Positions 10,001-21,486 of a stretch of 64,000 bases of DNA are shown piece after piece. The stretch lies in assembly GCF_000315625.1 (NCBI RefSeq), contig NW_005434649.1:372001-436000 (forward strand), read 5' to 3'. Position numbers and translations under genes: made by a program. The notes under the pieces were generated by a model, which did not search any database, was not told the DNA's origin, and saw only the letters and a list, made by a program, of their open reading frames with translations. Position 1 is the stretch's first letter. Every line of letters starts with the position of its first letter. Source of the DNA: Guillardia theta CCMP2712 (Eukaryota; Protista; Cryptophyta).

Positions 10001-12157
10001 ATGCCAGCTCAGAAGCCCACATCGTTCATGCACCATGTTGAAACAGTCCGTTCTCTGTTGGGGCTTCCTTGCAATCTTCGTATAGGACAAGTTATCTCGA
10101 AGGGATATCAAATCGTGGGATGGAGCCTTGACGGCAACCTCGTGGAAGCGGCTAGTCGTCTGTACGAAGAACTGGCAGAACCAGCTTCGGTGAATGTTAG
10201 TAACACAACAATGCTGGCAGGACAACCAGTAGGTGATGATGATGCTTCACAGCATGTGCCTGAATCAGGTGTTGCTGGTCCACCTGATTGTAATCACTCA
10301 GGCAGTCCTCTTGATATAGAGGGTATGTCAGACGATGATTTTCAGCAAGGTTCTCTTCGTCCCGTGCTGTCTGTGAACAAATATGGTTCTACTGGGATGC
10401 ATTCCATCTCGCCAGCCCCTGCCCCGCCCCTTTCCCCTGTCCACCATATGCTAAGAGGAACTCCCTCTTCCATTGTCCCTTCCGGATGTCATGCTTCCAA
10501 GCTTCAAGGCAAACGTTTCCACAAACGTAAACAGTGTACGTCTTATGTACAAGCAATCAACTTTCTTGATGGGAACAAGGGTGTTCGTGTTCAACGAGCT
10601 CCTTCAGGATTCAATTCATATCTGATTTTGTGTACGTGTAAAGGATGCAGGTAACATTTGGATGAGAGCACGTTTATCCTGTAAATGCCGGTGGACAGGT
10701 ACCATTTGCTTGTCAAGAAATCTGAGAGCCTTGCTCAGAGATATAAGAGTTACTGGTATATAGATGTGCAGAATAGCATTACTCGACATTGCAGACCCAT
10801 GTGTACTTCTGTGGGAAGGGGCACTATACGATTCTTGGTGAATAACGAATACTTTCGTTCATTGCTATCCCCCTCGATTGGTGATGGCGGTGGTTTGCAT
10901 CCAACCCGTATGACCGCTAAGGAGTTGCAAGTTGCGATCAAGTCTGAATTGGGTGTAGATGTTAGTCTTGCTAATATATTCAAGGCTCGAACCCAGGTTG
11001 AAAGTGGGTCTTGGGACGATTATCGGGATTCCTATCTCCTTCTGGAGAAGTGGATCGAGGAATATACCTCCTTGAACAAGGGTAGCCGCGGTGTTGTCAT
11101 GTCACCGGTACGTTCCAGTAGGGGGAATTCTTTCAGTGGAGCATTTCTTGCGAATGGAACCATAATCCATTTGGTGAAGACGGTTGGTCTGCGCCTTCTT
11201 GGACAGGACTTCTGTCACATCACACACAGGTATACCACTTGACTCCTTATTGTTTCCGGTTTTGTTGTAGTGTAATGATTCTATACAGGTGGTATTCTGG
11301 TAAAGTAATGGTGATTGAAGCGCGGTTGGGTACTAATACCATCGTCCCACTCGCAGTAGGTATCTTCTGATGCTCTTTGGCTTGTTTGCTTGATTCACAC
11401 GCAATGGTAACAGGGGTGTTTGCTTCCTGGAAAGAAGAAGGCTCCGTGGCTGGTGATGAGACGGAAGAAAATACTGCTTTCATGTGGGACCAACTGAAGG
11501 CTACTGGATTGAACGAATGGTTATCTCGCGAATCTGGGCCTTTGACCATTATCACCGACCGGGGCAAGGCAATCCTGGCCGGGGTGCGACGTGCTATGCC
11601 TGAAGCCGATGTTATCTTCTGTTGCTTCCACTTGCTATGCAACATCAACCAACATTGTAGAGGTATCGTCATCATCTTCGATTCCAATCGTGATGGGTCA
11701 CACATGTTCACAGAACAACATGCCCCTTGTCTTACCAAGAAAGGGAAACGCACATGTCCTGCCACTGAACCATTCTTCTGGCAAGCACAGGTCTGTTGAC
11801 AAATGATGACTTGTCCTTGACACACATTAGTCTGCAGTGACTGTGCGCCAATTCGACGAAGCTATGACACTCCTGCAAGAGCACAATCCAGTGGCACATG
11901 ATTACCTCGATGCTATAGATCACAAGTGTTGGGTAAGCACTGGGTTTTATGATCGTGTGTCGTTCATTTGGACTGAGCAGGCAAGGTATGCGCAATGCAA
12001 AGAGCCAAACGATTCTTCTGGCAACCGTGGTTCATATATCAGGACTTATGGAGTACGATGCAACAACAATACTGAAAGTGAAAATGCAAGGCTCCGTCAT
12101 AATCTGTCCAGATCATCGGATCCATCATTGTATCTACCTTCTTCTTCACAAGGTTGA
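10001..12157 (+). CDS. MULE-family DDE transposase (multi-exon, C-terminally truncated, no SWIM finger seen)
   Basis: Exons joined by ~50-60 nt GT-AG introns give GQDFCH (D1), IITDRGKAILAGVRRAMPEADVIFCCFHLLCN (D2 plus the CxxH motif) and NNTESENARL (E), the Mutator catalytic signature. Confidence 0.85.
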
Positions 12158-12915
12158 GACTATATCACGAACTTGCAAAGGTAGCAATTGATTACCACAT
12201 TCCATTCATTCTGATGTGACATGACAGTCGAAGGACGCAATCGCTGAGGGTTACAACTCACTACGACGATGGTTTCCAACAGGGACGTGGTCGACTCACA
12301 AGCGAATTATGATCCCTGTGAACACGGGTGAGCTGAACCAGGACGGCACGGGTAGTATTCAAGGCGTGCATTGGAGTTTGATGGTTGTAGAGCCTCGGAC
12401 GAAAGTGATCAGGTGTGTGTGTGGAAACATTGAACACTGCATTTGGATGAGGAAAGGTGGTTGCCTACTTGGGAATGATGGATTGACAGGTTATACGATC
12501 CCAGACATGACACACCATCGGCGTATATGGAAATAGTCGCAGGTATGCGCATCTCTTCACGAAAGCAAACCAGTTATCCTGGGTGACAGATTTCTTGCGA
12601 TATCAATGGCAGCAAGAGGGATTAGATGGAGGGGAGGTTTGGCAGCAGGAATACATGACTTCGAACCAGGTCAGTAGAGAATCTTGACATCGCCGATGTT
12701 GTTCACCGACTTTCAACTTATTCACCGACTTTCAGATCCCGAGACAGACTGATACATCGTCATGTGGCATATTTCTATGCGGAATAGCTGACTGCCTGTC
12801 TGGTAACATGGCAGTGAATTCATTTGGCCAAAGGGACATAGACGAGATCCGGCAAGCGATGGAAAGGTTGTTGAGACACGTGTATTTGTCAGGTGAAGGA
12901 GTAAACGTGGAGTGA
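12124..12915 (+). CDS. Ulp1/SENP-like (peptidase C48) cysteine protease domain, spliced
   Basis: Spliced reading IIVSTFFFTRL...GYNSLRRWF...IMIPVN...VHWSLMVV...RLYDP...IPRQTDTSSCGIFLC...VE* contains the catalytic His, Asp, oxyanion Gln and Cys in canonical C48 order. Four short GT-AG introns; stop at 12913-12915. Confidence 0.85.
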
Positions 12916-13310
12916 TGCATGCCTTGTAACAAGGAGTTTACAAATTCCATACTAGTATTGCAACGTAGCAGAAAGGTACTTCCAAGATAAACGCGCATGA
13001 ACGGACTGAACGATAAAAGTTGCCATAACAACATTCACCAACGTCAGTAATTCATACCAATAATGTGCCGACAACGTGCAATGGGCATAACATGTAGTGG
13101 AGGATCACATTGGGAGTAGCTCTGACAAGTAAGAGATGGTCTGACGAACAGATGACATAGAGAACTGCAGAGTTTCCCACAGATTGTGCGACCCTTAACA
13201 AGGTTTGCAACAGTTTTGTGCCAATGACATACTCTGCAACAATGTGGGATGAGTGAAGGAGGGAGGAGTGCGTTGGAAACGTACTGAGGGTTTCCGACGA
13301 GGTGATGTAG

Positions 13311-13486
13311 CACCCCTCCTGGGTATAGTATGTCAGGCTGCCAGGAGGGGGTACTGTAGACTTTCCAACAAAGTGATGAAGTACCCCTGCTGGATATAGT
13401 ATCTCAGGCTGCAAGGAGGGGGTACTGTAGGGGTATGACGACCACCCCTGTGAGAAGATACGTTCTCGTACAAAGAGGGGTAGGGG
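13311..13486. repeat. Subterminal ~70-bp degenerate tandem repeats with internal hairpins (MULE 3' end)
   Basis: Units near 13311, 13382 and 13444. The first has a perfect stem CCCCTCCTGG (13313-13322) / CCAGGAGGGG (13341-13350). Confidence 0.7.
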
Positions 13487-14065
13487 TGGTGGTTGGAGTG
13501 AACTAGGGGGGTTAATGAGTGGGAAGTGGTGGGGTGGTCGGATTCAAAAGTACTTTTGTACCGTAAGAATAAAACTATTATTAATAATTATTAATTGGTA
13601 CCAAATAGTACCCACCCCCTTTACATGACATTGCCCTGTTTGGACCCGTGAAGGCATAGAAGAGTATCCTTTAAAATACTTCAGGTTTTAGGTCTGTGAA
13701 ACGAAACAATCTGCGCGTTTCTGTCGAATACCCCAATATTTTTTGATTTTCCCCAATTCAACTTTCAACCCTCCACACCCTCCAAACCCTCCATACCCTC
13801 CACTAACCCCCTTTCTCTATTACCATTTCACTCTTCAAATATATATGGAAGGTTTGTGGAGGGTTCCTTTTATTGTGGAGGGTTTATGCTTACCTTTAAT
13901 CTCTCTCTCTAGTTCTGGTCTTATAATATAATTGGCTATTTTATCCTCTTCTAATAGTAAATACACCATTTACCTTTTATTATAAATTGATTTTAACTTT
14001 TGGTTTATTATTGTCACCCACCACTGGCCCATATTTATTTATTTCTTTTCTCTCCAAAAATCAAA

Positions 14066-14260
14066 ATGAATAAAGATATCTATATGAAACAATACAGAAA
14101 ATATAAACGTGATTATATTAACTTTATACAAGACATTCTTCTTAAAATACTACGCGATGATAAAGCATTATCCACGCTCTTAAATGCTAATCTTATTACT
14201 CAAGATGATATAGAATACCTTAAAACGCATAAAGAAACCGCTAGAGTGTTCGCTTTTTCC
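14066..14260 (+). other. AT-rich ORF fragment of foreign composition (MNKDIYMKQYRKYKRDYINF...)
   Basis: AT-rich island ~13745-14260 with A/T-ending codons unlike host genes; runs into host-type polypyrimidine sequence. Confidence 0.4.
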
Positions 14261-14794
14261 TCAGCACTTCCGCCACACAATATTCTGCCATCAACTCCTC
14301 GTCCTCTCCCTCTCTCCCTCCTCCCTCCTTCTCCTCCTCCTCCCTTTCCTACAACTCCACCACCACCACCTTCTCCTCCTCCACCACAATCACCTTCTCC
14401 TCCTCCTGTCGCTCTGATTCAGTTCCCGGCTTGCTATCTTGGCATTTTGCTGTAAAGAGAGGGAAGATCTTGTTATAGAGAGATTGGTGGGGTACGGGCT
14501 GAGGTGGGTGGTCAATTTACTGGGTAGGGTAGCAAGAATCAAAAGTTTTCAAATTAGGGTGGGAGCAAGGGGGGTAATGTGGGTATGACTACCCATATAT
14601 TGATAGGGTAATTTACAGTCATTTAGAGGGTTAGAAGAATTAAAGTACCGGTAATTATGAAGATAGGCACAGAATTGGTAGGTAGGGTAGTACACAGTTT
14701 TCGTTGCAGGGGTACCCATAGTCTCGTAGGGGGTGGATCGTGGATAGTGAGGAGATACAAGTGGGGCGAGGGTTGAAGATGTACGGAACTACTA

Positions 14795-14797
14795 GGA

Positions 14798-14869
<72 letters not shown>

Positions 14870-14981
14870 CTAGGAGCAGGAGCAGGAGCAGGAGCAGGAG
14901 AAGGAGAAGGAGAAGGAGCAGCAGAAGGAGAAGGAGCAGGAGCAGGAGCAGGAGAAGGAGAAGGAGAAGGAGCAGGAGCAG
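14795..14981. repeat. (AGGAGC/AGGAGA)n microsatellite
   Basis: Directly visible; creates a spurious RS-repeat ORF. Confidence 0.95.
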
Positions 14982-15255
14982 TTAGTGGTGTAGAAGGGGA
15001 TCAAGCAACTGAATGAGCTTTGAGAATCGTTGATAACATGAAAAGAAGTGCATATTGAGATAGTCGCCCTCAAGTCTATAACAGATCTTTAGAGTTTACT
15101 CGATAGAGTCTGTACAATTCAGTGTGGAGATGAAGGGTTGTTGAATGAAGATGGGGGGCATTGGATTAGTCTTGTACCTTCATGACATTTTCTACCAGGC
15201 GGCTCTTGATCTGCCGGTCGTTGAGGAGTTCGAGTTCCCTTGCTCGCCGACTTGG

Positions 15256-16718
15256 ATGATGAGCCAATACAACGTCCTCTTCCCCTTCGCCTTCCTGCTC
15301 CTCCTTGCAGTTGAGACGCACTCCTTCATCAACACCGTCCACCTCAGCTCTCTCGTCAGTCAGTCTCGGCCGAGCCTTCAGCTTGCTCGCAGGTCCTGCA
15401 GGAGGTCTGGCAGGTTGTGCATGGACTACGACCTCGATAGCCGGCGTTCAGAGAAGGAGAGCGATGCCCCGCTGATCCCGACCAGGAGGATGAACTGGAA
15501 GGAGGCGTCGTCCTCAGTGCAGGTGCAGGTCATGGACGAGCAGGAGAAGATCGCCATGAGCATCACGCAGCTCAAGGCGCAGCTGCAGGAGGCGGTCGAG
15601 CGACAGAGCTACGCCGAGGCAGCGGAGCTACAGGAGAAGATTCAGAGCATGGAGCTCTCTGCGGTGAAGAACGTGTTCGCCGAGGAAGCCAGCATCGTCA
15701 CAGCTGACCGCGGGCCCATGCAGCGCAAAGTGAGGAAGGTGGTCAGGGAGGCCAAGATCGTCCTGTCAGACAGTGAGAGGAGGCGGGAGGACGAGAGCCC
15801 GGACTCGGTCTTCTACCAGGACCCGCGCATGGTGGTGCATGTCGACATGAAGTTCGCCATGAAGCTGCAGTCGCTCTACAGCAAGCGCATCCTCCCCGGC
15901 TCTGCCATCCTCGACCTTGGGGCCTCCTGCGCCTCGCTGCTCCCTGAAGACAAGCCGTTTCGAGAGGTGGTGGGGCTGGGGATGAACATGGAGGAGATGC
16001 TGGCGAACGAGGAGCTGACGGACCGGGTGGTCCAAGACCTCAACGAGGACCCAGTGCTCCCCTTCGAAGACGAGCGCTTTGACGCCGTCGTCTGCGCGAG
16101 CTCTGTGCAGTACTTCACGCAGCCGGAGCTGGTGCTGGCGGAGGCTGCTCGGGTGCTGCGACCTGGCGGAGTGCTGATCCTCTCCTTTACGGACAAGGCG
16201 TTTGCGAGCAAGGCGATCGAGGGATGGAAGTCGAGGGGGAACCTGAAGCGCTGCGAGCTGGTCATGGACTGCGTCCGAGCATGCAGCTCCTTCACTACCC
16301 CCGAGCTGATCTGGGAGGTGAACCCCTTCTCCTCCCTCGGGCTCATGCTCCCTGCTCTCCGTGAGAGCACGGGCGGTGACCCGTTCATGGCTGTGGTGGC
16401 CTACAAGGATACGCCGCCAGCTGGATGGGCCATGCAGGTGAGGATTGAGGAGACTAGAGGAGTTGGAGGAAGGGTTGGAGTGGTTAGGGAATTGCGGGCA
16501 GCGGCGAGCGGGGAAGGGGGGGAGGGGGAATGAGGAAGAAGAGAAACGAAGAATGCGGAGAGGGAAGTTGAGGACATTCGCTGATGACTTGACAGGTGTC
16601 GGGAGGATGGCTTGTGAGTGCAACCGGATCGCTACAGTCGGTGCCCTTCAAGAATGTCACGCCGTTTGCAGCCATGTACTTGTTCTGGCTGCTGATCTCT
16701 CACGGACTGGGGCATTGA
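15256..16718 (+). CDS. Plastid-targeted class I SAM-dependent methyltransferase with N-terminal UVR (UvrB/C) helical hairpin
   Basis: Signal peptide ending VETHS|F, then an S/R-rich transit peptide. LKAQLQEAVERQSYAEAAELQEKI is UVR-like. Methyltransferase motifs D.VFYQDPRMVVHVD, ILDLGAS, LGMN.EEM, VQDLN, SVQYFTQP, RVLRPGG. Intron after 16437; last exon VSGGWL...GH* with stop at 16718. Confidence 0.85.
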
Positions 16719-17019
16719 AGCTAGCAGGAAGAAGGGGGGGGTGAGGAGGAGACTTGTAGGACGATGAGGGAAAGAAACAAGGAGGGAAAGAAACAAGGAG
16801 GGAAAGGGATCGGTAGTGTTTTGAGGTGTATTTTATGTTTGTTGCGAATGAAATTGAATAATGCGCAGAGCAGAGGCATTCCTTGTTGCTTCTCCTCCTC
16901 CTCTCTCGTTCTCCCCTCCTCATTCGCAGACAGCTTGTGCCATCGTCATCATCCAGCCTCCCCTCCTTCCCACATCTCCGATTCCTTTCCTCCTCCCCTC
17001 TACCTGTATACCCTCATCA

Positions 17020-17673
17020 TCACATCATCCTCCTCCTTTCGACCTCTGGGTCTGCAATGTTCAGTACTTCCTGTATGGCCTTGAGGACCATCTCGATCTG
17101 CGAGTGAACCTCCGATATCTCCTTCCCCTGCCTGTCCGCCTTCTCCTGCAGCAGCTCCACCCTCTTGTCCACGAACTCCACCGCCTCCTGCAGCTTCATC
17201 TCCACGAAGAATCCCAGACCCACGTTGATCATGATGGAAGATGTGTCGGGGACCTCAGCCTGCATGTAGCACTCGCAGCCCACGTTCACCATCGTCTTCA
17301 TCCTCCCTCCTCCTCGCTCCTGCATCAGGGAGACGGTGCTTCTCAGCTTCTCCAACGCCTCGATGTCCTTCACCACCTCCTCCCTCTCCTCGATCAGGCT
17401 CGCAAGTTTGACTCTCAGCACGTCATCCACAAAGTTCGCGTACTTGTCCACTTTCGCGCTGATCGCGTCCTCGTCTTCCTTTGGGCGTTGGGCTGGACCT
17501 TGTTGTACCTTCACCTTCTCCTCCTGCCTCGCAGGCTCCTGCATTCTTGGTGCCTCTTGCCTGACTTCGATCTTGGGCTCCTTGTGGGCGGGGACTTGCA
17601 ACTTCGAGCCTTTCGCCGCTTGTCGCTGCTGCTTGAAGAGCGAGACAGGCTTGCTGTCCCCTTCATCCGACAT
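17020..17673 (-). CDS. UXT: Prefoldin alpha-like protein UXT
   Basis: Coiled-coil, beta-hairpins, coiled-coil layout; MKTMVNVGCECYMQAEVPDTSSIMINVGLGFFVEMKLQEAVEFV and N-terminal KVDKYANFVDDVL match UXT-type alpha prefoldin. Confidence 0.85.
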   Translation of the reverse strand: MSDEGDSKPVSLFKQQRQAAKGSKLQVPAHKEPKIEVRQEAPRMQEPARQEEKVKVQQGPAQRPKEDEDAISAKVDKYANFVDDVLRVKLASLIEEREEVVKDIEALEKLRSTVSLMQERGGGRMKTMVNVGCECYMQAEVPDTSSIMINVGLGFFVEMKLQEAVEFVDKRVELLQEKADRQGKEISEVHSQIEMVLKAIQEVLNIADPEVERRRMM

Positions 17674-18665
17674 CTCGACAGCAGGGGCTTACCAAGACAC
17701 CTGAGGAGCAGAGAGTCAAGTAGCGCGATTAATAGCAATGAAAGTTCTTTCGTTATTGCTCACGTCCTCTAAGTAGCTCCTCGATCGCTCGTTTAAGTGA
17801 ATCCTCTCATTCATATTCCCTTCCTCTCCTCTCGCCCTCTGGCTCAATACTGCATCTTCTGTACTCCTCCGCTTCCCCTCCCTCTAATTTCTCTTTCCTT
17901 CCATTTCTCTCTTCTCCTCTTCTCTCTTCAACTCCATTCCCCTCCCCTCCCCTCCCCTCCTTCCCTTTCCTTGCCCTCTCCCCTCACGTTTTCTCCCCTC
18001 TCCCTCCCCTCCCCTCCCCTCCCCTCCTCTCCAACCTCCCTCCCCTCCCTCTCTCCTGTCCTCTCCTATCCTCTCTCCTCTCGTCCTCTCCTCAACAGCT
18101 CCTCCCTCCATCTCCAGCTCCTTGCGCTCTTCTCAGTCGACCATCTTTCAGGTCGTAGACCCACCTCCATGTTTCCAGTTTTCTTACTACCCCACCCCTT
18201 CATACGCACCATTAGGACCCCGAATTTATCAATCTATACCCCCCAGTTATTTTACCCCACCCCCCCTAATATTCTCAGCCTCAGATGCCTGGGATATTCA
18301 CGCTACCACACTGGGCGAGACCAAAATCGGAGGCAAACGAGGAGGAGGAAGAGGAGGAGGAAGAGGAGCAAGAGGAGGAGGAAGAGGAGGAGGAGGAGAT
18401 AAGATTTATGGAGAAGGAGGAGGAGGAGGAGGAGGAGGAGGAGGAGGAGGAGGAGATGATGATGATGATGATGAAACAGGAGAAAATGTAACTTTCTGAT
18501 GGAAGGATCTTGAGGAACGAAGAGTAGCAGACAAAAGGCTCGGTTTTCACCTCTTTAAACTTCACGCACAGTGACATCGCCAACACGGACAGAGACAAGA
18601 GCACAAACTAATCCGCACATAGAACTGCATGAAGCCAACCGTCCAAGATCAACGAGCTCCCCAAC

Positions 18666-21486
18666 TTACAACCCTTGCCCGGGGAGGTGAGCGGGGACGA
18701 GCTCAGGCAGGTGCATGTGCTGCATATCCTGCATGGCCCCCTCCCGCAGGATCGCCTTCGTGTGGTCGAAGTTCTTGAGGGCGTGCTGGAACTTGATCTC
18801 TCCTCGGCTCACGTGCCCAGGGTCCCACGCGTACTCCTTCTCGTACACGGCATCAGGAGAGAAGTTGGTCGCTTTCTTGGCGGCGCTGCGCTGATGGTAG
18901 CTCTTCACTCTGCGACGAGCCATCTCCCTCCTGTGCTCTTCCCGAGCCCTTTCGTCCTCGTCACGTCGACGCTCCTCCCTTCGCTCGCCCTCCCTCCTCG
19001 GCCTTCGCTCGTCCCTCACCTCACTCAGCTCCGTCGTGCGGCCCCCGCGGAGCTCTTCTTTGAGCTCGTCCACTTCACCCTCGAGGCGAGAGGTCCTGTC
19101 CTCGAGACGGCGGTCCCTCCGCTTCTCGAAGCGAAGGTCGTCCTTCAGATCGTGCACCTCTGAACGCAGAGAGCTGTCGCGCCTCCTGTCACCCTCCGCC
19201 CTCGAGTCGCGACGACGATCGAACACCAAGTGTCCCTCCTCGTTCTCAACTACTCGCGGCCCCTCCCTGATCCCACGACGTTGCATCCTGGTGTAGGATC
19301 CTCTGCCCCGGCTATCCCAATGGTTCTGAGTCTCTCGGAGCATTGTATCCCGGGCGTGCTCAGCCTGCAGGTGCCAGTCGTGCTCACGGCGCTCTTCGAA
19401 GTCCCTGCTCTGGTCGGGCGATCGACGAACGTCCCTTGAGTCACCCCCAGGCAGCTCGGCAAGCTCTTGATTCAGGCGGCTGACCTTAGACAGCTCGGCT
19501 CTCCTCTCCTCCTTGAGGGCTCGGTTGTACTTACGCATGTCCTGCTTGAATTCATCCTCGGCTCTGGACTCGTGACCGTCCTCGTAGAGGTGCGGGGTAG
19601 ACATGGATGCGAGACGAGAAGAGCGCGGGGCGATGCGCCGCAGCCTCTTGGTAGTTCCCGAGAGGTCTCTCGTCACCTCCTTCAACGACCCGGGATCTGA
19701 CCACAGCATGGAGAAGAGAGGGGCAGACTTTCCGGAGCCCTTGACTTTCTCCAGCTGGCTGACCTCACCAGGACCCTTGGAGAGCATGGCAACCCTGGGA
19801 TCTCCAGTGCCAAATGGGACGTCTTCAGAGTTAGCGGAAGATTCTTCACCCAACATCTGAGTCCTAGCTGGCTTGACGTCGGATGATGCCTGCAATTCAG
19901 CATCCCTGTGTTCACCGACGTATCCGGCTCTGTAAGCTGTGGCAAGAGCTTTCTTGAAGGCCTCCTCGCGCTTCGAGTAGTGCCCATCTTCCTTCAGCTG
20001 CTCACCATCCTCCGAGGACTTGATATTGTTATTCTTCCTCCTCTCAGTCTCTTTCGCAGCTCTCTCGAGATTGGCAGCTCTGACTGAATGCAGATGCTTG
20101 TGATCTACTGGATCATGTGATTGATCCCTCTCGTGCCGAATCTTGGACTCGGCGAGTTTGTGCAGCTGTTGCTTTGGATCCTCTGGCTGAACAACCTTAA
20201 GATCATTTTCGTCTGAGTCGGAACCAGTTTGGGTCTGAGCAATCGAGGACTCCTTGGAAGCTTCAGCTGCGTACTTCTGCGCCTTCTCAGCGGCCTTCTG
20301 AGCAGCCTCCTTAGCCAACTTTGCCTCCTCATTCGCATCCCTCTCTTTCTTATCCAAAGTCTTGGCTTTCTGTTCGAGCACAGACATCAATTTGTTCCTG
20401 ATGGTGTGGGCCTCTTGTTCTTTCTGCTCGGCCAACTGATCAAGCTTCTTGGCTGCCTCAACCTTCTTTTGAGAGTCTGCGATTCGTCCCTTTGCCTCCT
20501 GCTTCAAGGATGCAGCTTCGCCTTCATCCTTCTTGGCTTGAACCAGAAGAGACGGCAGATCTGCAGCAGCCTTGCTCTCAGCCTGCTCAACCACCTTGAT
20601 CTTGTCGGCCTCTTCCATAGCCTTCTCATTGTAGTTGCCTGCCTTGTCCTCGAGCTCCATGATCTTCTCCTTGTCAGCATCAGCCTTGGCCTTTGCTTCC
20701 TGAGCATCCGAAGCGAGCTTGCTAGAGAGCCTCTCGTTCTTGTTCATGGCAGCCCTTGCTTCACGGACCTCCTTCGCAGCTTTGTCATACTTCTCCTGCC
20801 TTCTTGCAAGCAGTGATTGCGCCTTGAGGAGTCGGGACTTCTCACGTTCTTCCTCCGCAGTGTTGGACAACTTGAGAGCTTGAGTCCTGTGCTTCTCGGC
20901 CAGAGCATGCCTCTTTGCCGCTTCTACAAGCTGATCCTGTACCTCATTCTTCATTTGGCTCAGGGTAGCGTCAGCTGACACGGCGGCGATGGGTTCAGAA
21001 AAGTTCCACACTCCACCAACGATCGCTGCAATAACCAGCAACGCAAGTCCTATCGCACCCAGAGCAGCTGCAGGCCATCCACTGAGCTTCCAAGCCCTGC
21101 AAGGAAAAGCCAAAAATTTCTTCAGTTTGGTGAGATTCAACAAATTGACAAGAGAAGAATCAGGCTGGCCACAGAGAGATTTCTCCTTTCGAAACATATG
21201 TCCATAAATCATCGTATAAACAGTTGATGCATCGAGATAAATCACTTTAATGGCTGGAAAACCCGAAAATGCCAACCAGATCACAGAAAAATCGACGATT
21301 CGTCAAATAAGCACCAGGAGGTACGAAACCAAACAAATTTGCATTACACATGTAGAATACTCGATCAAACGACCATCAGTTTCATCATATCGCGTTGCAT
21401 CAGGACACTATCCATCCTCCACCATCGCCCCATCTTCATCCCGCAACTCACCGCGGTGGCCTCATAATTCCTCCGAAGGCTGCCAT
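18666..21486 (-). CDS. Signal-anchored (type II-like) long coiled-coil protein, unknown function
   Basis: Exon 1 21486-21452 (MAAFGGIMRPPR; gtgagt donor) splices in frame to 21096 (ttgcag acceptor). Hydrophobic anchor AAALGAIGLALLVIAAIVGGVW, then an A/E/K coiled coil and an R/E/D-rich region; host-like codon usage. Confidence 0.8.

Larger units (their letters stand above)
9745..13734 (+). mobile_element. Mutator-like DNA transposon (MULE) carrying a Ulp1-like protease (Kaonashi-like organisation)
   Basis: TIRs GGGGAATTCGACATAAACGCGCAGA (9745-9769) and, reverse-complemented, GGGGTATTCGACAGAAACGCGCAGA (13710-13734). Perfect 10-bp direct repeat AATATTTTTT at 9735-9744 and 13735-13744. Internal MULE transposase motifs; lower GC than host exons. 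Confidence 0.92.

Noticed and set aside
13981-13990. TAAATTGA resembling the mimivirus early promoter AAAATTGA
   Set aside because: Inexact match in AT-rich DNA; expected by chance.
14740-14985. RS-repeat ORF resembling an SR splicing factor
   Set aside because: Translation of an (AGGAGC)n microsatellite; GTG start and no RRM.
17797-18604. Poly-Glu, poly-Gly and Pro/Leu/Ser-rich ORFs
   Set aside because: Polypurine/polypyrimidine simple repeats in intergenic DNA.
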